DNA of 64,000 nucleotides from an uncultured Actinomycetes bacterium (GTDB taxonomy: Bacteria > Actinomycetota > Thermoleophilia > UBA2241). How positions within the stretch are numbered: the first letter of the stretch is position 1; each line of letters begins with the position of its first letter. The DNA lies in assembly GCA_963755025.1 (NCBI GenBank), contig CAVWIH010000011.1:1-64000 (forward strand), in the 5' to 3' direction. The notes below the pieces were generated by a model. That model did not search any database and had not been told where the DNA came from. It was given only the letters and a program-made list of their open reading frames with translations. Positions 59,302-64,000 of this stretch are shown one piece after another. The position numbers and the translations under genes were made by a program.

Positions 59302-60735
59302 ATGCCTCCGAAGACCGGCGATACGCTTGACCTTGCCATCGACACCCTGGCCTACGGCGGCCAGGGCATCGGTCGCGTCGACGGCTTCGTCGTGTTCGTG
59401 CGCGGCGTGCTGCCCGGCGACGTCGCCCGCGTCGAAGTGACGCGCCGCCGGTCGGGCTACGCCGAGGCGCGTCTCGTCGAGCTCGTCACGCCGTCGCCGC
59501 GTCGCGTGCCGCTGCGTTGCGACCACCCCGCCGACGTGGGCGGCTGCGAGTGGCAGACCTTCGACTACGACTCGCAGCTCGAGTTCAAGCATCGTCAGGT
59601 CGTCGAGGCGCTGGCCCACATCGGCGGCCTCGAGCAGGTCGAGGTGACCCCCATCCGCGGCATGGCCGACCCCTGGCGCTACCGCAACAAGATGGAGTAC
59701 TCGTTCGGCCGCGACGGCGCCGAGATCGTGCTCGGCATGCACCGCCGCGGCTCGTGGCGCGACATCGTCGACGTGCCCGACTGCCACCTCGCCCCCATCG
59801 CCATCTCACGGGCGCGCACGGCCGTCCTGAACGCCGCCCGCGAGCTGGGCCTGCCGGCCTACTCGCAGATCGACCACACCGGCCTGCTGCGCCACCTCGT
59901 GGTGCGCCGCGGCCTGGCCAGCGGCGACCTGCTGCTCAACCTGTTCGTCACCCAGCGCTTCCCGCAAGAAGAGGAGCTCGCCGCGCTGGTCGCCGCCGAG
60001 CAGCCTTTCACGTCGTTCGCCGTCACGGTCAACGCGACACAGTCCGACGCCGCGGTCGGCGCGGGTCCGTTCATGATCGTGGGGCCGCCCTACTTTCACG
60101 AAGAGCTCGCCGGCGTGCGCCTGCGCGTGCCGGCCCTGTCGTTCCTGCAGACCAACTCCGAGATGTGCGGCGTGCTCTACGAGACCGCCCTGCGCGCCGC
60201 CCGGCCGCAGGCCGGGCGGCGCGCCTACGACCTCTACTGCGGCATCGGCGGGCTCAGCCTGCTGCTCGCTCGCGAGTCGGCGCTCGTGCACGGCTTCGAG
60301 CTGCAGGCCGACGCCATCGCGGCGGCCACCGAGAACGCCGCGCTCGCCGGCGCCGCGAACCTCGAGTTCGTGGCCGCCGACGTGCGCCTCGCGTTGCTCG
60401 ACCCGCCGAGCGGCCGCGACCCCGAGATCGCCAAGCTCGTCGCCGACGACGGCAAGACCCATCAGTCGCTGCGCACGCCGGCCACCCACCCCTTCGAGCG
60501 CCCCGCGGTGGTGCTCACCGACCCGCCGCGCGCCGGCATGGCCAAAAAGGCCGTCGAGCGCATGGCCCTGCTCGGCGCCGAGCGCATCGTCTACGTGTCG
60601 TGCAACCCCACGACCCTCGCCGCCAACGCCGCGCAGCTCGCCGGTATCGGTTACCGGCTCGAGACGGTCACGCCGGTCGACATGTTCCCCCACACCCACC
60701 ACATCGAGGCGGTAGCGACCTTCGTCAGGGTGTAG
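59302..60735 (+). CDS. rlmD: 23S rRNA m5U methyltransferase RlmD/TrmA family
   Basis: TRAM domain, GGC, YRNK, FLQTN, DLYCGIG, DPPRAG, YVSCNP, DMFPHTHHIE. Confidence 0.93.
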   Translation: MPPKTGDTLDLAIDTLAYGGQGIGRVDGFVVFVRGVLPGDVARVEVTRRRSGYAEARLVELVTPSPRRVPLRCDHPADVGGCEWQTFDYDSQLEFKHRQVVEALAHIGGLEQVEVTPIRGMADPWRYRNKMEYSFGRDGAEIVLGMHRRGSWRDIVDVPDCHLAPIAISRARTAVLNAARELGLPAYSQIDHTGLLRHLVVRRGLASGDLLLNLFVTQRFPQEEELAALVAAEQPFTSFAVTVNATQSDAAVGAGPFMIVGPPYFHEELAGVRLRVPALSFLQTNSEMCGVLYETALRAARPQAGRRAYDLYCGIGGLSLLLARESALVHGFELQADAIAAATENAALAGAANLEFVAADVRLALLDPPSGRDPEIAKLVADDGKTHQSLRTPATHPFERPAVVLTDPPRAGMAKKAVERMALLGAERIVYVSCNPTTLAANAAQLAGIGYRLETVTPVDMFPHTHHIEAVATFVRV

Positions 60736-61490
60736 GCGGGCCGCCGGGCGCCGAGCCGTCGCCGCAGCAGGGCGGGGTCCAGCGCTTGGCGATCAGGTCG
60801 GCGTTGGCGACCAGAAAGGCCAGCGAGAGCAGGGGCAGCGCCGGCAGGGCGCGCGACTAGAGCGCGATCGCCACAGTGCCCACGAACGAGGCCACCATGA
60901 GCCACCAGCGTGAGCCGCACGCGCAGCCCGAACCCCACCGCCGCCGCCAGGTAGAGGCTGAAGAAGAGCACGTCGGTCGTGCCCAGCCCCGAGTAGGCGT
61001 CGCGCACCGAGTAACCCATCGTCGGGAACGCGACCACGAAGTAGGTCACGGTCTGCGGCGCCTTGGTGAGCAGCAGGTGCGTGGGCCCCTGGGGCAAAAA
61101 GACGCTGGCCGCGTCGAACACGCCCGCCGCCAGCGCCAGCACGACGATCACCCGCAGGTCGTCGGTGAGCTCGGTGAGCGTCGTGCCCAGCCAGTAGCCC
61201 ACCCCGGCGCCGAAGGCGATCTTGCCCAGGTCGGACAGGGCCACCACGTCGAGCGCCGAGCCCAGCACGGCGCAGGCGAGGCCCACGACGGCGACCACGA
61301 GCATCGTCCTGGTCGAGAGCCGCGCGGTGAGCGCGGCGCCCACCATGATGCCCAGCAGGGCGACGCCCAGCGCCATCGAGACGATGACGTCGGCGCGCAC
61401 GGCAAAGGCGGGCAGATGGGCGCTCCAGACGATGAAGGCGATGAAGACGAGGGCGGCGGCCGCGAGCGCGGCCACCCTGGCGCGGCTCAC
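60725..61490 (-). CDS. Polytopic membrane protein, presenilin/SPP-like (frameshift near 60900, in-frame TAG 60857-60859)
   Basis: GVFDAASV, GLGTTD, LPALPLL motifs. Confidence 0.6.
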
Positions 61491-61494
61491 GGCA

Positions 61495-62100
61495 TCAATA
61501 AGGCGGGATCGCCTCGTACCACTCGCCGAGGCGGCGGAAGGCCCGCCAGAAGGCGGCCTTGAGGCGCTGCTCGTCGAGCGACGCGTCGATGTCGGGGGTG
61601 ATCAGCACCTCTGTCCCCGGGGTGAGCTCGACGATCTCGCCGACGTCGTACTCGAGCGTGCGCGCCGTGGGCAGGGCGAGCTTGTCGAGCGCCGCCACGA
61701 CCTTGTCGCCCATGGCGACGATCAGCTTGGGTTCGACGATGGCGATCTCGCGCCGCAGGTAGTCGAGGCAGCGCGGCTCGGCCTTGGCTTCGTCGCGCAC
61801 GCTGGCGCACTTGAGGACGTTCGTGCCGTAGAGCTGCAGGGGGTCGATCGACAGGCGCTGGCAGCTCTTCATGATCGCCGTGCCGGCGCGCCCGAAGAAG
61901 GCCACGCCCTCGTGCACCTCGCTGGGCTGCACGCGGTACTTGAGCAGCATGATGTCGGCCAGGGGGTGGCCCGAGCCGATGACCGGCATCGACTTGCTGT
62001 GCGAGCAGAGTCGACAGCGCAGCATCTCGCCGGTGAGATCGTTGATCTCAGAGATGGCGCGGGTCAGATACTTGTCGTAGATCTCGTTGGGCTGTCCCAC
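61495..62100 (-). CDS. Uracil-DNA glycosylase superfamily (family 4-like)
   Basis: CRLC, FFGRAG, TNVLKC, CLDYLRREI..VEPKLIVAMG. Confidence 0.8.
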   Translation of the reverse strand: MGQPNEIYDKYLTRAISEINDLTGEMLRCRLCSHSKSMPVIGSGHPLADIMLLKYRVQPSEVHEGVAFFGRAGTAIMKSCQRLSIDPLQLYGTNVLKCASVRDEAKAEPRCLDYLRREIAIVEPKLIVAMGDKVVAALDKLALPTARTLEYDVGEIVELTPGTEVLITPDIDASLDEQRLKAAFWRAFRRLGEWYEAIPPY

Positions 62101-62210
62101 CGAATCGCCTTCCGTGTCCTGGCCCTTGTATTTTGCGCCGCCGGGAGAATTCCTGCGCTCTCCTTGCGTTTCGGCGCGCAGGCGGGGCCCGGCGGCGGGC
62201 CGCGGGGGCG

Positions 62211-64000
62211 TCAGTGCGAGACGCCGCTTTCGTGGGGCGCCTGCAGCAGTTTGAGCGACTGCAGGTAGAGGAGGCTGCGCGGCCGGCGGATGATGTGGCT
62301 GCCGGAGAGGGCCTCGACGAAGTCGTCGGGGCCCGTGAACTCGCCCATGCCGGTGAGCGCCGTCCCGAGGCCCGGCAGCACGTGCGCGTCGCTGCCGGCC
62401 GCGGCCGGCACGCGGTGGCGCTCAGAGAAGCGCACGGCCTTCTCGTTGAAGCCCGGGTAGGCGATGCGCGAGTTGAAGACCTCGATGACGTCGATGTCGG
62501 TGAGGTTGGCCTTGAGCAGCGTGCTGCCCGGCACGGAGTGCAACCGGTCGAAGGGGTGCGGCACGTACACCACGCCGCCCTGGCGCTTGATCTCGGCGAT
62601 GCTCTCGGCGAAGGTCATGCCGGGGGCGATGCGTTCCTTCAGGAAGAGGCCGATGACCTCGCCCTCGCAGGTCTTGACCTCTTCGCCCACGATGACGCGC
62701 ACGCCGTAGCGCTCGGCCAGCGCCTGCGCCTCGAGGGCGCCGGCGATCTCGTTGTGGTCGGTGACGGCCAGCACGTCGAGACCCACCTCGGCGGCCCGCT
62801 CGAGGACCTCTTCGACCGCCATGGCGCAGTCCTTGGAGTAGCTCGTGTGCACGTGGAAGTCGGCGAACAGCTCGGGCTCGAGGTGGCGCCGCGGCACCGA
62901 CCGGCGGCGCAGGCGCCCGCCGATGACGTCGCGGTAGAGCTGCATGACCTCGTCGGAGACGATGTCCCAGCTGTAGCGGCGCACGCTCTCGAGACCGCGC
63001 GCGGCGCAGGCGTCGCGCAGCTCTGTGTCGCGCAGCAGGCGCTCGAGGCCGGCGGCCAGCGCGCGCGCGTTGTGGGGCGGCACCAGCAGCCCCTCGACGC
63101 CGTCGCGCACGACGTCGCGATAGCCCTCGATGTCTGAGGCCAGCACGGAGGTGTCGGTGGCCATGGCTTCGAGCAGCACGATGCCGAACGACTCGTTGCC
63201 CAGCGACGGCGCGCAGAAGATGTCGGCATCCTGGTAGAGCTCGGGCAGCTCGTCGTGGGCGATGCGTCCCCGAAAGCGCACGCGGTCGGCGAAGCGCTCG
63301 GGCACGAGGCGGCCGAACTTGTCGGCGTGCAGGTCGCTGCCGCAGACGTCGAGCTCGAAGGGCGGCAGGTCGGCGCTCACGTAGCGCAGCGCGCGCAGCA
63401 GCACGCCCAGGCCCTTGCGCCGCGAATCGCCGCCCACGTAGAGCACGCGCACCGGCCCCGGCACGACGCCCGAGCGGCGCCTGAAAGCGGCTCAGGTCGA
63501 TGCCGTTGGGCACCACGCGGAACTGCCCGGCGAAGTAGCGCGCCGCCGTGTCGCGCGCCGCTTGCGACACCGCGATCACGCCGTCGAACACCGGGAAGAC
63601 GCGCTTGAGGATGGGCTTGCCCAGCCAGTACCAGAAGAAGCGCTCGGAGTTGGCGTGGAAGGTGGCCACGATCGGGCACTCGGCGTGGTTCATGGCCGAC
63701 CAGCCCAGGCTGGGCACGAACGGCTCGTGGATGTGGAGCACGTCGAACTCTTCGTTCTCGAGCACGACGTCGACGTTGGAGAGCAGGTCGATGGGCGGCG
63801 AGAGGTAGCTCACGGAGCGGTTGTGGCGCACCGAGAAGGTGCCGCCGGCGAAGAAGTGACGCGGGTAGGGCTCGTCGGGCGCGAACAGGCTGTCGCGTTC
63901 GCCCAGCAGGACCTCGCGCACGCGCTCGCGAGCCGCCTTGACCGCCAGCCGGTCGTCGCTCGGGGCGATGATGGTGACGCGGTGACCCTGCGCGGTGAAG
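62211..64000 (-). CDS. GT4 (PimA-like) glycosyltransferase fused to PHP domain; 5' end beyond the window, frameshift near 63470
   Basis: HIHEPF, VATFH, VPNG, ESFGIVLLEAMA; then DFHVHT, TDHN, HPFD, GSDAH. Confidence 0.85.

Overview
This is a very GC-rich actinobacterial window; the HspR/HAIR-controlled dnaK operon and the overall gene set suggest Thermoleophilia (inference). Many conserved genes (dnaK, clpC, hsp20, arsC and others) carry 1-bp frameshifts, most likely uncorrected long-read indels. Main finding: three paralogous dimethylamine:corrinoid methyltransferase (MtbB-family) genes at 13.5-19.4 kb on the minus strand. Each is split by an in-frame TAG exactly at the conserved pyrrolysine position (DG[L/Y]-UAG-VGxGD). 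UAG is nevertheless a common ordinary stop in this window. All three genes share a hairpin 63 nt downstream of the amber, with a compensatory synonymous base-pair change, which is a candidate Pyl-insertion element. An APC permease lies nearby; no pyl genes or corrinoid protein are in the window. Second finding: two, probably three, 6C-like C-rich twin-hairpin sRNAs near tRNA-Thr(UGU) share a promoter architecture of ~11-bp direct repeats. The rest is signalling genes (SpoIIE/RsbW/STAS, a two-component system, GGDEF/EAL), USP proteins, ligA-surE, the heat-shock operon, rlmD, UDG, a presenilin-like membrane protein and a GT4-PHP fusion.
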